From NCBI GenBank assembly GCA_042408215.1, contig JAYFMW010000005.1:352001-416000 (forward strand): a stretch of DNA of 64,000 nucleotides, given 5' to 3'. This DNA comes from Microcoleus sp. Its GTDB lineage: Bacteria > Cyanobacteriota > Cyanobacteriia > Cyanobacteriales > Microcoleaceae. The notes beneath the pieces were generated by a model. The model was not told where the DNA came from. It searched no databases and worked only from the letters and a program-made list of their open reading frames with translations. This document shows positions 52,619-64,000 of the stretch, one piece after another (position 1 is the stretch's first letter; each line of letters opens with the position of its first letter). The position numbers were made by a program, and so were the translations under genes.

Positions 52619-52825
52619 CAAAAAATTGGGATACAAGCCCCGTCCTTTGAGGACGGCTTTTTGCTAGAATAAATTAAGTCAACGCTTCGACTACGCATGA
52701 CTCGCACCGCCCAGGGCATTGGGAGACTCGCTTCAGGACGCAGAGACAGAGTAAGACTACTTCGGTAGCATCAGTCGATGAAGCGTCAAGAATCACCGCT
52801 GATCCATTCACCGTGAGTATGTCAA
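52619..52825 (+). mobile_element. 207-bp non-autonomous IS605-type element with omegaRNA-like right end, inserted 3' of TTGAC
   Basis: Left-end hairpin GCCCCGTCCTTTGAGGACGGC; right end AAGAATCAC..GTGAGTATGTCAA; precise excision restores the host codons. Confidence 0.88.
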
Positions 52826-53259
52826 CATATCTTCCCGCAATTTTAGCAGGGTTTGCAGGTCGTTATACTGTTGCTTGATTCTGAGCATTGAATGGACGCG
52901 GGCTCGCAGTTCAATCCCATTGACTGGTTTACTAATGAAGTCGTCGGCTCCGGTGGTTAGACAATGGGCTAGGTCGGATTTTGAGCTTAATGCTGTCACC
53001 ATAATGATGGGAACGGCTTGCCATTTTGACAGGGCTTTGATTTTCCGACAAACTTCGATGCCGTCTATTCCTGGCATCATCACATCGAGTAGAATTAGAT
53101 CGGGATTGAAGGTGTCGAGGGATGCGATCGCCTCTTGACCGTTGGCTGCATAATGCAGTTGATAATCCCGATCGCTCAAGAGGGTTTCAATCACATCAAA
53201 GTTATCGGGTTCGTCGTCAACGACTAGAACGGAAGGGTGATTCATAAAACCAATTGTAC

Positions 53260-56010
53260 TTAGGGAGCTTGTACAAAAATAGCTTTCAACATTCCTGTTT
53301 CTCGATCGGGCTGGAATTGAAATCCTAACTTCCGACAAATGCTCTGCATCATGTAATTGCTGGTCAGAATATAACCCACGATCGCATCCAGTTGTTCTTC
53401 CTTCCCAATTTCTAGGATTTGCCTTAATAGTTCTGTTCCCAAGCCTTGATTTTGATAGTTATCGCTCACGATTAGAGCAAATTCGGCTTCGTTAGTCCCG
53501 TGTAACTTACTCAGCCGCGCGACTGCCAAAATCTCATGTTCAGACGTTTGCGGATCTTTGTAATCGGCGACTAGGAGCATTTCGCGATCGTAATCAATAA
53601 AACAAATTCGGGTCAACCGTTCATGAGCAATGCGCTGCGTCAGCTTCACGGTATGAGCATAACGCAAATAGACGCTCTCTTCCGAGAGATTTTGATGGAA
53701 CAGCACCATGAGCGGCTCGTCTTCGGGGCGAATTGGTCGAATATTGATGCGATCGCCCTTGCGTGACTCCCATTCCTGCACATATTTAGTTGGATAGGGA
53801 AGAACCGCAGGTACTGGTCGATCGGCAAAATCTGCGGTTGTATGGAGCAGCACACGAGCATCCAGAGCGATCATCCCTTCCGGGGAAACCAGCAGAGGAT
53901 TGATATCTATTTCCCGAATCTGCGGCTGTTCGACAATCAATTGACTAAAGCTAACCAATAATTGTTCGAGTTTTGCCAGATCGATCGCCTCTCTGCCGCG
54001 AACACCTTGCAAGGCTTTATAAATGCGGGTTTGTTCCATCATCCGCCGCGCCAGGGTTGTATTTAAGGGAGGTAACGCCAGCGCCCGGTCTTGAAAGATT
54101 TCCACCAATTGACCACCCATACCAAACAGCATCACCGCGCCAAACTGGGGATCAAGACTGCTACCCAAAATTAGCTCATAACCTTCCATTTTGACCATTG
54201 GTTGCACAGTTACGCCTAAAAATGCCTGGGGATCAATGGAACGTACTTTTGAGGCGATCGCCTCAAACGCTCGACTGACAGCCGCCGCATCACCCAGATT
54301 TAGACGTACACCACCAACATCACTTTTGTGTGTAATCGTTTCTGAATGCAGTTTCAGAACTACGGGATAACCGAAGCGATCGGCAATTTCCACAGCTTCA
54401 ATATCACTCGTAGCAATTTCTGTGGCAATTGTGGGAATACCATAGGCGGCAAGTAATTGCTTTGATTCGTATTCAGTTAACAGACTACGATCGCTATTGC
54501 GTACCCTGGTTAAAATCTGTTCTGCCAAAATGCGATCGGGCGCATGAATATCGGAGTCAGTAGGTAGAGAAGGAGTTTCATAAATGCCCCGCAAATTGTA
54601 GGTATACCGCCACATATAGTTAAACAATCTGACAGCGGTATCGGGATAGGGGAAAGTAGGAATATTTGCCTGATTGAGAATTTGCGTTCCTGCTGCAATT
54701 TCTGCACCGCCCATCCAACTGGATAAAATCGGCTTCCCTAATTTGCTATAAGCCTTGAGTTTTTCCGCTGTTTGGGTGGGATTGGTCATCGCTTGGGGAG
54801 TCAAAATCACTAACAAACCATCGCTATTAGGATCGTTAGCAACTACTTCTAAAGTTTGGGCATAGCGATCGCTACTAGCATCACCCAAAATATCGATCGG
54901 ATTATGATGACTCCATTGAGCGGGTAAAAATTGATTGAGTTTCTGTACTGTCTCTGGTGCTAATTCCGACAATGCACCGCCACCACTGATTAGAGCATCA
55001 GTAGCGATCGCCCCTGGGCCCCCAGCATTAGTCACAATCGAGAGCCGATTTCCTTTAGGGCGCGGTTGTTTAGCCAAAATTTCCGCCATATCAAACAGAT
55101 CGGAAATCGTATGGACACGCAACACTCCACAGCGACGGAAAGCAGCATTTAGCACTTCATCACTGCCAGTTAAAGCTCCTGTGTGGGAGGCGGCAGCTTT
55201 AGCGGCGGCTTCTGTATGTCCAACTTTCAGCACAATAATCGGCTTATCCATTGCGACTTCGCGGGCAGCAGATAGAAATGCGTGAGCATCCCCGATGGAT
55301 TCCATATACAAAACGATGCTATGAGTATAGGGATCATCACCGAGGTATTCAATCAAATCTCCCCAACCAACATCAAGCATGGAGCCGATCGACACAAAGG
55401 CACTAAATCCCACATTTTCGCCCAAGCTCCAGTCTAAAATCGAAGTACAGAGCGCCCCACTTTGACTAATGAAGGCGACGTTACCAGAACGGGCGATCGT
55501 CCCTGCAAAAGTGGCATTTAGCCCTACGAGAGGATTCATTAAGCCGAGACAATTGGGCCCAATAATTCGCATCCCTCCCAGCCGCGCTTCTGCGAGAACT
55601 TGTTGTTCTAAAGCTGCACCGGCCTCACCAATCTCTTTGAAACCCGCAGAAACAATAATTGCCCCTTTTACCCCAGCCGCCACACATTCTCGAATTACTT
55701 GGGGAACTGTCGCCGCAGGGGTAGCAATCACCGCCAGATCCACAACTTCAGGCACACTAGCAATATCACGATAGGACTTGATTCCCAATACACTATGACG
55801 CTGGGGATTGACCGGAAAAACCGTGCCGCCAAAGGGACTGCGAATCAAGTTCCACAGCATAGTCCGTCCCACACTGCCCTCTCTTTCACTGGCACCAATC
55901 ACAGCAACGGAGCGGGGACGAAAAATACAATCAAGGGGATGGCGCTGCGCTTTCCAAATGTCATGGGCGGGATCGCATAGAGATTTTTGATTTATTGAGA
56001 TTTTATCCAT
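53260..56010 (-). CDS. Bifunctional acetate-CoA ligase-like/GNAT protein acetyltransferase (Pat/PatZ-type)
   Basis: [25 protein letters not shown] and C-terminal GNAT QNQGLG. Confidence 0.92.
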   Translation of the reverse strand: MDKISINQKSLCDPAHDIWKAQRHPLDCIFRPRSVAVIGASEREGSVGRTMLWNLIRSPFGGTVFPVNPQRHSVLGIKSYRDIASVPEVVDLAVIATPAATVPQVIRECVAAGVKGAIIVSAGFKEIGEAGAALEQQVLAEARLGGMRIIGPNCLGLMNPLVGLNATFAGTIARSGNVAFISQSGALCTSILDWSLGENVGFSAFVSIGSMLDVGWGDLIEYLGDDPYTHSIVLYMESIGDAHAFLSAAREVAMDKPIIVLKVGHTEAAAKAAASHTGALTGSDEVLNAAFRRCGVLRVHTISDLFDMAEILAKQPRPKGNRLSIVTNAGGPGAIATDALISGGGALSELAPETVQKLNQFLPAQWSHHNPIDILGDASSDRYAQTLEVVANDPNSDGLLVILTPQAMTNPTQTAEKLKAYSKLGKPILSSWMGGAEIAAGTQILNQANIPTFPYPDTAVRLFNYMWRYTYNLRGIYETPSLPTDSDIHAPDRILAEQILTRVRNSDRSLLTEYESKQLLAAYGIPTIATEIATSDIEAVEIADRFGYPVVLKLHSETITHKSDVGGVRLNLGDAAAVSRAFEAIASKVRSIDPQAFLGVTVQPMVKMEGYELILGSSLDPQFGAVMLFGMGGQLVEIFQDRALALPPLNTTLARRMMEQTRIYKALQGVRGREAIDLAKLEQLLVSFSQLIVEQPQIREIDINPLLVSPEGMIALDARVLLHTTADFADRPVPAVLPYPTKYVQEWESRKGDRINIRPIRPEDEPLMVLFHQNLSEESVYLRYAHTVKLTQRIAHERLTRICFIDYDREMLLVADYKDPQTSEHEILAVARLSKLHGTNEAEFALIVSDNYQNQGLGTELLRQILEIGKEEQLDAIVGYILTSNYMMQSICRKLGFQFQPDRETGMLKAIFVQAP

Positions 56011-56406
56011 GTCATCCTCCTGTTATTAGCTATCAATCAACGCTATTTTGTCTAACTAGAATTTCTCTATCATGAACCAGGTTAACCTACTCCCCAAAAA
56101 ATTGCAACCCGATCTAGAATGGCATGGAGTATCTGCAAATTTCTGAGTTCTGTTGCTAATTCATGAATTACGCACCAACTCTATCTGTAGGGTGGCCACC
56201 CACAAATAGTGTAAAAATTGCACCGCGTAAGTCCTATAATTATTGCTTTTCCGATCGTCTCAATGCAGACTGAGAAGTATTTTTTTTCTATAAATTAATT
56301 CATTTAATGCAATCTTTAACAAAACTTACTGGTTATTTTGAATTTGAGCAGTTTGTTGATGTAGTAGAGCCTCTCTGATTAGCTACAGATTAAGAGATAA
56401 TTAAGG

Positions 56407-56880
56407 TTATGTAAAGGCTTCGCTCTGGACGGTTCCCATGAGGTCTTCTGCGAGTTGTTTGCGGTGTTTGATTTGTGGTTCGAGTTGGTCGATTGTTTCC
56501 ATCAGGCGATCGCATTTTTCAACGATCGCTTTTTGTGCGGCGGGAGGGAGGGGAAAAAGTAAAGATGTGATTATTTTGACATAAATGTTTTTTTTTGCTG
56601 TTGCAGGAGCAAATCTTATAATTTCATCTTGAACACAAGAAAGATAGCATTTAATCATCCAAGATGTTGAAATATGGGTGAAATCGCAAGATTCGGCTTT
56701 TTTCCCCAGCCCGCGTCGCCTTTGATTCCCCTTGACATAAATCCGACCATCGGTAAAATATACCTGTTCTCGGACTTGCTTGCTGACATCCCACCCCGAT
56801 GGAACCAAAGCAGGTAAAATATACTGTGTACAAATATCCTGTTCTGAAATTTCTCCTTGATTGGTCATCTGTAACTTCAC
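56407..56880 (-). pseudogene. Type I restriction-modification remnant: HsdR N-terminus fused to HsdS C-terminus
   Basis: SEQDICTQYILPAL..GWD..FTDGRI followed by PATAKKNI...FPLPP..QKAIV. Confidence 0.65.
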
Positions 56881-57039
56881 TTACCTTGCTGAGGGTACTG
56901 TGAGTAATTATACAGCACTTACATCGCTAATAATCCAGGACGTAATTGGGTGTTAGCTTCCCTCGCCGGATCGCTGACATTAGATCAATTAGTTTGATTC
57001 TTTTTCCAACAAAAATCCTTTTAAATCTCCTCGCAGATC

Positions 57040-59857
57040 GTGAATAGCAATTCTCCCAAGGAGAGGCTACGCCAACGCCCCCCTAAATCCCCAAAAACTC
57101 GACATATCCCCCTGAGATTACTACTAATTGTCCCCTTTGTATTGCAAATTGTCGGAGCAGTGGGATTGGTAGGTTATCTGTCCTATCGCAGTGGACAAAA
57201 AGCGGTAGAGGAGATGGCCGATCAGTTAATGGATCAGGCAAAAAATCGAGTACAGGATCACCTCGACACATCTCTACAAACTCCACAGCAAACAATAGCT
57301 ATTAATTATCGTGCTGTTCAACAGGGTCGCCTTAACATCAAGGACTTTGAGCAAATGCGTCAGCACTTGTGGCAGCAGATTAACTTAACTCCAACATTGG
57401 CTATAACCTCCTATGTTAATGAACAGGGAAAACAAATGGGTTATGGACGGATCATCAACCAAGAGTTTGTTGAATTAGCCCACGAACTAACGGCGGAAAA
57501 AAATATCCAGATTGGCACACTTTTCTTATATAAAGTCAGTTCTACACAACAAAAAATACAGAATCACTATTTGGTAAATAAAGACGGTAAGCCTCGCAAA
57601 CATACTTATGCAGTGCCAGTGGATCATACGGTAGCACCCTGGTATCTACACGCCAAAGCAGTTAAAAAACAAACTTGGTCAGAGATTGATGTTTCCAAAA
57701 TTGCCCCATCATTGACCATAAATGCAGCATTTCCTATTTTCGATGCTGCTGGAAAATTTCAAGGTGTCTTTAACTCTAGTTTAATGTTGTCGGATATGAG
57801 CACTTTTTTAAATCAACTGAATTTATCACAATTAGGACAAGATTTTATTATAGACCGTTCCGGCGATCTAGTTGCTACATCCACCCTAGAGCTTCCCTAT
57901 CTGAATCATGGGAAGAAACCGCCAACTCGTTTACCTGCTACTGAAAGTCGGGATAGATGGACAAAGGCGATCGCTACTCAACTCAAACAGCAATACAAAG
58001 ATTTAAGCAAAATTCAAACTCATCACTACTTTAAAGTGGCCGTTAAGGGAAACACACTATTTGCTCAGGTTGTACCTTACCGAGATAAATATGGTCTGGA
58101 CTGGTTGATGGTGACGGCGATCCCAGAGTCTGAATTTATGGGACAAATTAATAACAATAGCAAAATCACAATTTTACTTTGTCTATTGACTTTAGGAATC
58201 GCCACAGGATTAGGAATTATTACCTCAAATTTGATTACTGCACCGATTAGGCGGTTGAGTCAAGCCAGTGGCGCGTTCGCCAGTGGTGAACTGAGTCAGA
58301 AAGTAGAGATAAAAGGAGTTTCTGAACTAGAAACTTTGGCAGATTCTTTTAATCAGATGGCGGAACAGTTACAAACATCCTTAGAAACGTTGGAACAGCG
58401 AGTACAGGAGAGGACGGCAGAATTGGCAATTGCTAAAGAAAAAGCGGAAGTTGCGAATCAAGCCAAAAGTACATTTATTGCCAACATGAGCCATGAATTG
58501 CGATCGCCTCTCAATGCTGTTCTGGGCTTTTCGCAATTAATGTTGCGCTCTAACAACCTCCCGGCTGACCATTATGAAAATGCAGGGCATCATCTATCGT
58601 AGTGGTGATTACCTATTAACGCTAATTAATAATATTCTTGATTTATCCAAAATCGAAGCAGGTAAAACTACCCTCAATCCCCGCGATTTTGACCTGTATC
58701 GCTTGCTGGATGATTTAGAAGATATGCTGCATCTGCGGGCTACAAATGCTGGCTTAAACTTGCTCTTTCAGCGGACTGAAAATGTCCCCCGCTATATCTG
58801 TACTGATGAAGTCAAATTGCGTCAGGTTATAATCAATTTGCTCAGTAATGCCATCAAATTTACCTCAGAGGGTCAAATTACTCTCTATGTCTTTCAGGGA
58901 GAGCAAGAAACAACCGATGTTTTTCATCTTCATTTTCGTGTGCGCGATCCTGGGGTAGGGATTGCAGCAGCAGAATTGCCCAAGATTTTTGAGGCATTTT
59001 CCCAAGCGCAAGCCGGAAAAGATATGCAAGAAGGAACGGGATTAGGTTTGGCAATAAGTCGCAAATTTGTGCAACTGATGGGAGGGGATATTTCCGTAGA
59101 AAGCGACTTAGGAAAAGGCACAACTTGCCAATTCTATATTCAGGCGAAATTGGGTCAACCAACAGTCAGCAAGAGTACAGAAGAATATCCAAGAGTGCTG
59201 GGGCTTGCTCCCGGCCAACCTACCTACAAAATTCTCACAGTAGATGATAAACCAATTAATCGCCAATTATTAATTAAGCTGCTGAGTCCTTTGGGATTTG
59301 AGGTGAAAGAAGCTAGTAATGGACAAGAAGCCATAACTATTTGGGATGAATGGGAACCTCATTTAATTTGGATGGACATGAGAATGCCTGTGATGGACGG
59401 CTACGAAGCTACAAAATATATCAAATCCACCACAAAAGGCAATGCTACGGCGGTGATTGCTCTCACAGCCAGTGTTTTAGAGGAAGAAAAAGCCATAGTT
59501 CTCTCGGCTGGATGTGATGACTTTCTCTGCAAACCCTTTACTGAACACACCATTTTTGACACACTGGCTAAACATCTTGGTGTAAAATATATATTTGCAG
59601 AAACAATTTTGCCCACAATAAATGAGCCAGCAGAAAGCATCTTGACATCGCAAGAGCTAACCTGTATGTCTGGAGCATGGATTACTCAACTATATGAAGC
59701 TGCTCTTGAAGCTAATACTAGCCTTGTCTTACAACTGGTAGGGGAAATTCCAGAAACAGAAACTCGTTTGATACAATCTCTAACAAAACTTGTTCGCCAA
59801 TTTCAATTTGAACAGTTGGTTGATTTAGCCGAACCCCTGATAACTAATGAATCATGA
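57040..59857 (+). pseudogene. Cache-HAMP-HisKA-HATPase-Rec hybrid kinase with a +1 frameshift near 58585
   Basis: Two ORFs join inside the HisKA domain (..[16 protein letters not shown]..) if one G of GGG is removed. Confidence 0.8.
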
Positions 59858-61217
59858 TTCTGAAACAGAAAACAAAGGTAATATTCTCCTGGTAGATGAC
59901 ATTCCAGAGAATCTGCAACTATTAAGCGATTTGCTCCTCAAACTCGGCTACACTGTTCGCAGCGTCACCAGTGGGCGAATGGCACTGAAAACGGTGAATG
60001 TGAAGCGACCAGATGTCATATTGTTAGATATCAAAATGCCAGAAATGGATGGCTATCAAGTCTGTCGAATTCTCAAAGCGGATGAGGAATTATGCAGCAT
60101 TCCTGTTATTTTTATTAGTGCTTTAGATGATGTTTTCGACAAGGTAACTGCCTTTAAGTCAGGTGGAATTGACTACATTACCAAACCCTTTCATATCGAA
60201 GAAGTAGTAGCGCGGCTAGAAAATCAGTTAACCATTCAACGCCAACAAAGACTTTTGGAAAAAGAAGTTATTCAGCGCCGGGAAGCAGAAGAGGTACTTT
60301 ATCAATCTAGAGCATTGCTGGCCAGCATTTTGAATAGTTCCCTCGATGGGGTTGCGGCAATGCAAGCTGTGCGCGATCCCACCACGGGAGATATTGAAGA
60401 TTTTCGTTGTTTAGTTGTCAATCCTGTAATTGCCAGAGCCTTTGGAAATAGGCGTGAAGATACGATCGGGAAATTGGTGCTCAAAAAATTGCTGAGTCGT
60501 CTTGATCCAGAACTATTTGCTCGCTTCGTTAAGATTGTCGAGATGGGGGAACCTTTAGAAAGGGATTTTTACTATCCATCTGGAGAGTCTTGTTGGTATC
60601 ACTTTGTAGCAGTAAAGTTAGGTGATGGTTTTGCCATTACCGTGCGTGATATCACCGCACGGAAACAAATGGAATTGGCTCTGCAAGATGCAAATCAGAA
60701 ACTCGAAAAACTAGCGAATCTGGATGGTTTGACTCAATTGGCTAACCGTCGCTGCTTCGATAATCGCCTAGAAACAGAATGGCTGCGCCAATCGCGAGAA
60801 CAACAGCCACTTTCACTTATCCTATTCGATGTTGATAAATTCAAATGCTACAACGACTACTATGGTCATCTGGCTGGTGATGATTGTCTAGTCAGGTTAG
60901 CACAAGCAGTACAGCAGAAAGTTCGTCGTCCCGCTGATTTAGTGGCGCGTTACGGTGGCGAAGAATTTGTGATACTTCTCCCCAATACGGATGTAGAGGG
61001 AGGGATTAAGGTGGCACAAAGCATTCAGCAAGCTATTCACAATTTGGCGATTCCCCATGAACATTCTAATGTAAAGGATATCGTCACAGTTAGTCTGGGA
61101 ATCGCCTCCCTTATCCCAAGGTTAGAAGTTGAGCCTGATACGCTGGTTGCTCATGCAGACAAAGCGCTATATCAAGCAAAAGAACAGGGGCGCGATCGCT
61201 ATTATACGAATAGTTGA
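59847..61217 (+). CDS. Response regulator-PAS-diguanylate cyclase
   Basis: Receiver domain, DGLT..NRR, RPAD I-site and RYGGEEF. Confidence 0.93.
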   Translation: MNHDSETENKGNILLVDDIPENLQLLSDLLLKLGYTVRSVTSGRMALKTVNVKRPDVILLDIKMPEMDGYQVCRILKADEELCSIPVIFISALDDVFDKVTAFKSGGIDYITKPFHIEEVVARLENQLTIQRQQRLLEKEVIQRREAEEVLYQSRALLASILNSSLDGVAAMQAVRDPTTGDIEDFRCLVVNPVIARAFGNRREDTIGKLVLKKLLSRLDPELFARFVKIVEMGEPLERDFYYPSGESCWYHFVAVKLGDGFAITVRDITARKQMELALQDANQKLEKLANLDGLTQLANRRCFDNRLETEWLRQSREQQPLSLILFDVDKFKCYNDYYGHLAGDDCLVRLAQAVQQKVRRPADLVARYGGEEFVILLPNTDVEGGIKVAQSIQQAIHNLAIPHEHSNVKDIVTVSLGIASLIPRLEVEPDTLVAHADKALYQAKEQGRDRYYTNS

Positions 61218-61233
61218 TAACTACAGATAACGG

Positions 61234-61262
61234 GTAGGGACACGGCAATGCCGTGTCCCTAC
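61234..61262. repeat. GTAG-type REP palindrome (relatives near 3104-3126, 3178-3203, 36587, 49351 and 56188)
   Basis: GTAGGGACACGGCA-A-TGCCGTGTCCCTAC. Confidence 0.75.
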
Positions 61263-61369
61263 TGTACTTCATAAACCTGGAATACGCTGTAAACTTGTTT
61301 GGCATTCTTCAATTAACCGTACTGGCGATCGCTACGCATCTAATTACTGTTTCAGTAGACAACGGTGGA

Positions 61370-62644
61370 CTAAGCGAAATAACTGTATCCATCGACGCGG
61401 TGGACCCCTCGGCAATATTTAGCTCTAACTGGGCTAACTTTGCCGAGTGGTGTCACCATTTCAAATACCCCCGTAGCCCGAACGGTTAATCGCCCAACAT
61501 GAGTTCCAGCAAATTTACCGACGGGAAGAATAGCACGAACTATATCGCCAGTCTGAAAGCCAAAAAATGCTTTTTGTCTGGTGCGGTGTCGGATGGGAAA
61601 ACCGTGCTTATTGGTAATGCAGAGTTGGTGATTTCCCCATCCCTTCGCTGTCATTAGTAGGGGTTTAGCACACACTATTTTTAACTTTTCTACAATACCA
61701 ACACAAGCGGCATCTAACCAATGTGATTTAGGGATACCCAGTTTGGTGCGATTGAACTTAGTTCTTCCACCAGTCCCCACTTCCACTGACAACCCTGTCG
61801 CCAGAAGCTTTCGATACAATTCCCATCGCGTAGAGTTAACAGCAGCGGCATCTTTCCGCAGTCCCTTGGATTGCGCCAGAATCTTTTTAAGTTTTTCTGG
61901 TTGGTTTTTCAAGAAGTCTTTAATGTCCGCAGCCCCTTTTTTTTGGTTGCAATCACGGCAAGCAATACAAAGGTTTGATATGCGATTAGTGCCTCCTTTT
62001 GATTTAGGGGTAATATGCTCGACCTCAAGCGGCACATCTTTCTTGTTGCAGTAGGCACAAGTTCTTTCCCATTTCTCCAGTAAATACTCTCGCACTTCAT
62101 AACCAAACAACTCGCCTTGCTGATATTCAATGCCGGAGATTTCTGGGCGATCTATTTGCTGTAAATCAAACCGGACTAATTCCTGAGAAATACCTGTGAT
62201 TGGGGCAAATTTTCTGAGCCTATTCACCCAAGTTAATGTAGTTTTCACTCGGTGTTCAAGACTAGGAGCTAACCACCCTTTTTTGCGGGTTCTATTGAGA
62301 AATCGTGGTTGACGATAACGAGTTTTACGGTGCCGCCGATTACGACGAATAGCTCGGCGCGATTCCAGCGAATTTTTGATAGCTTGCCCGCGATGGGTTA
62401 ATTCAGCCCCCCAAATAACTGCCTCATTTGATACCAATGCTAGGCCAGTAGTTTGAGAGCCTGGATCTATTTTTAACTGGAGCGGGTGGGTTGCTTCTAT
62501 TGATGTAGTTTTGAGGATAATCGCAAAAGGAAAACGACGATAGACGGCAGCTTTTCCTTGCGTAAGAAGTAAACGTGCCAAACAAGGATGAATGGGATTA
62601 AGGGGACGTTTGTTGGTATCAATGACAAACACAAAGTTAGACAT
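61370..62644 (-). CDS. iscB: IscB RNA-guided endonuclease
   Basis: PLMP-like PLNP, KIDPGS, RRxRR bridge helix, QELVRFD, HNH (EHITPKSKGG..NL..C..CN) and HWLDA. Confidence 0.95.
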   Translation of the reverse strand: MSNFVFVIDTNKRPLNPIHPCLARLLLTQGKAAVYRRFPFAIILKTTSIEATHPLQLKIDPGSQTTGLALVSNEAVIWGAELTHRGQAIKNSLESRRAIRRNRRHRKTRYRQPRFLNRTRKKGWLAPSLEHRVKTTLTWVNRLRKFAPITGISQELVRFDLQQIDRPEISGIEYQQGELFGYEVREYLLEKWERTCAYCNKKDVPLEVEHITPKSKGGTNRISNLCIACRDCNQKKGAADIKDFLKNQPEKLKKILAQSKGLRKDAAAVNSTRWELYRKLLATGLSVEVGTGGRTKFNRTKLGIPKSHWLDAACVGIVEKLKIVCAKPLLMTAKGWGNHQLCITNKHGFPIRHRTRQKAFFGFQTGDIVRAILPVGKFAGTHVGRLTVRATGVFEMVTPLGKVSPVRAKYCRGVHRVDGYSYFA

Positions 62645-62884
62645 GATTGATTTGAAACTCTGATTTCTCAGGTAATTTTTTCCTCGTCAAGGTTACTCAG
62701 GCTTGTGATGCTCAACTCACTTTCTTAGCTAAATATGAATGTTTAAAGTTGAGCGACAGAGCAAAAAGCTGGAAAGCACTCCTTGGTGTCGTGACCGAAG
62801 TAACGTAGCCATCAAAGGCTGAGACTGGCTATTTCTCCACTGACTGTACTGGTTGTCAGGCTTTGTCAGTGTTTAGTGGATAGC
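62645..62884 (-). ncRNA. IscB omegaRNA (HEARO) scaffold
   Basis: P1 GCTAT/ATAGC-CAG; CTACGTTAC, GTCACGACACC, CTCTGTC, TAAACA, GACGAGG and ATTACC blocks. Confidence 0.85.
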
Positions 62885-63973
62885 GATTCCATGCTGATAA
62901 TAGGCTGCACAAGCACCTTCAGAAGAAACCATTGGTGCTCCGAGTGGCCGTTCGGGTGTACAGGCTTTGCCAAAGCTCGGACATTCATGGGGTTTGCGCG
63001 TTCCTTGCAATATTAAACCGCTAATACAGAGTGGTGATTCGCGCACTTCGCTAGACTGGAAAGCAGCACAATCGAATCTATTTTGAGCATCAAATTTTGC
63101 ATACTTTTCTTTAAGTTTTAGTCCACTCTGAGGAATTTCTTCTAGACCTCGCCATTGCCTAGATGTAGCTTCAAAAACTTCATTAATCATGGCGATCGCC
63201 TGTTGGTTTCCTGCTCTTTTTACAGAACGTGCATATTGATTTTCTACTTCGGCTTTACCTGTTTCTAACTGTTTCACACAGAGATAAATCCCTTGGAGAA
63301 TATCGATCGGCTCAAAACCTGTGACGATGATCGGAACTTGAAATCGATCGGCGATCGCTTCATATTCGGTATATCCCATCACTGTGCAAACATGACCGGC
63401 TGCCAAAAATCCTTGCATGGTGCGATCGGGTGAGCTTAAAATTGCGGTCATGGCTGGTGGTACAAGCACATGAGCGCAGAGAATGGAAAAGTTGTCTAAG
63501 CCTAAATGGGCGGCTTGGGCGATCGCTAAAGCAGTCGTTGGGGCTGTGGTTTCAAAGCCTACGGCAAAAAATACGACTTGCGTCTGGGGATGTTGTCCGG
63601 CCAATTTAACCGCATCGAGAGGAGAATAGACCATGCGTACATCTGCACCAGAAGCCTTGGCGCGCAATAAGTCGGTGGTGCTACCGGGGACGCGCAACAT
63701 ATCGCCAAAAGAGCATAATATTACGTCTGGATGGGCAGCGATCGCGATCGCCCGATCGATTAGTTGAATCGGCGTGACGCAGACTGGACAACCAGGCCCG
63801 TGAATCAGGGTGATCTCTTTAGGAATAAGGCGATCGATGCCGTATTTGACGATCGTGTGAGTTTGTCCGCCGCAAATTTCCATCAATGTCCAAGGGCGGG
63901 TTGTAATTGCGGCGATCGCCTGTGCGTATTCCTGGGCGAGTTTAGCATCGCGGTATTCATCAATATATTTCAT
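62873..63973 (-). CDS. hypD: Hydrogenase maturation protein HypD
   Basis: [25 protein letters not shown] and [13 protein letters not shown]. Confidence 0.97.
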   Translation of the reverse strand: MKYIDEYRDAKLAQEYAQAIAAITTRPWTLMEICGGQTHTIVKYGIDRLIPKEITLIHGPGCPVCVTPIQLIDRAIAIAAHPDVILCSFGDMLRVPGSTTDLLRAKASGADVRMVYSPLDAVKLAGQHPQTQVVFFAVGFETTAPTTALAIAQAAHLGLDNFSILCAHVLVPPAMTAILSSPDRTMQGFLAAGHVCTVMGYTEYEAIADRFQVPIIVTGFEPIDILQGIYLCVKQLETGKAEVENQYARSVKRAGNQQAIAMINEVFEATSRQWRGLEEIPQSGLKLKEKYAKFDAQNRFDCAAFQSSEVRESPLCISGLILQGTRKPHECPSFGKACTPERPLGAPMVSSEGACAAYYQHGIAIH

Positions 63974-64000
63974 ATTTCTTGCAAATCCCGTAAAGTTTGT

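Larger units (their letters stand above)
50617..53245 (-). pseudogene. Rec-HisKA-HATPase gene split by two insertions and a +1 frameshift
   Basis: Segments 53245-52826, 52618-52471 and 51144-50617 rejoin as ..REDM|VNMVVHDLRNP(fs)LAG..QVL|IDDLLQ.. Confidence 0.88.

Noticed and set aside
1..64000. tRNA or rRNA genes, prophage
   Set aside because: None recognised by eye; tRNAscan or Infernal would be needed to exclude small RNAs

Overview
Chromosomal window from a filamentous cyanobacterium (HIP1 GCGATCGC-rich, heptamer and GTAG palindromic repeats; Microcoleus/Oscillatoriales-like by inference). Housekeeping genes (trpD, carA, mrnC, rlmB, gatA, csaB, trmB, acsF, rpmF, queA, dnaG, hypD) are interspersed with many two-component genes. 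Two things stand out. (1) The two halves of the split-intein dnaE gene are adjacent and co-oriented, with a free-standing, tightly coupled LAGLIDADG homing endonuclease gene between IntN and IntC. (2) There is a dense set of RNA-guided (OMEGA) elements: a complete IS607 with a Fanzor-like TnpB; two 327-bp non-autonomous relatives that keep the omegaRNA end and carry an unexplained structured cargo; an orphan HEARO RNA element; an intact IscB element in the 3' end of hypD; a solo TnpB; and two IS605-type minis, one of which carries a candidate type I toxin-like cassette. All calls come from reading the sequence and remembered family motifs; no searches were run.
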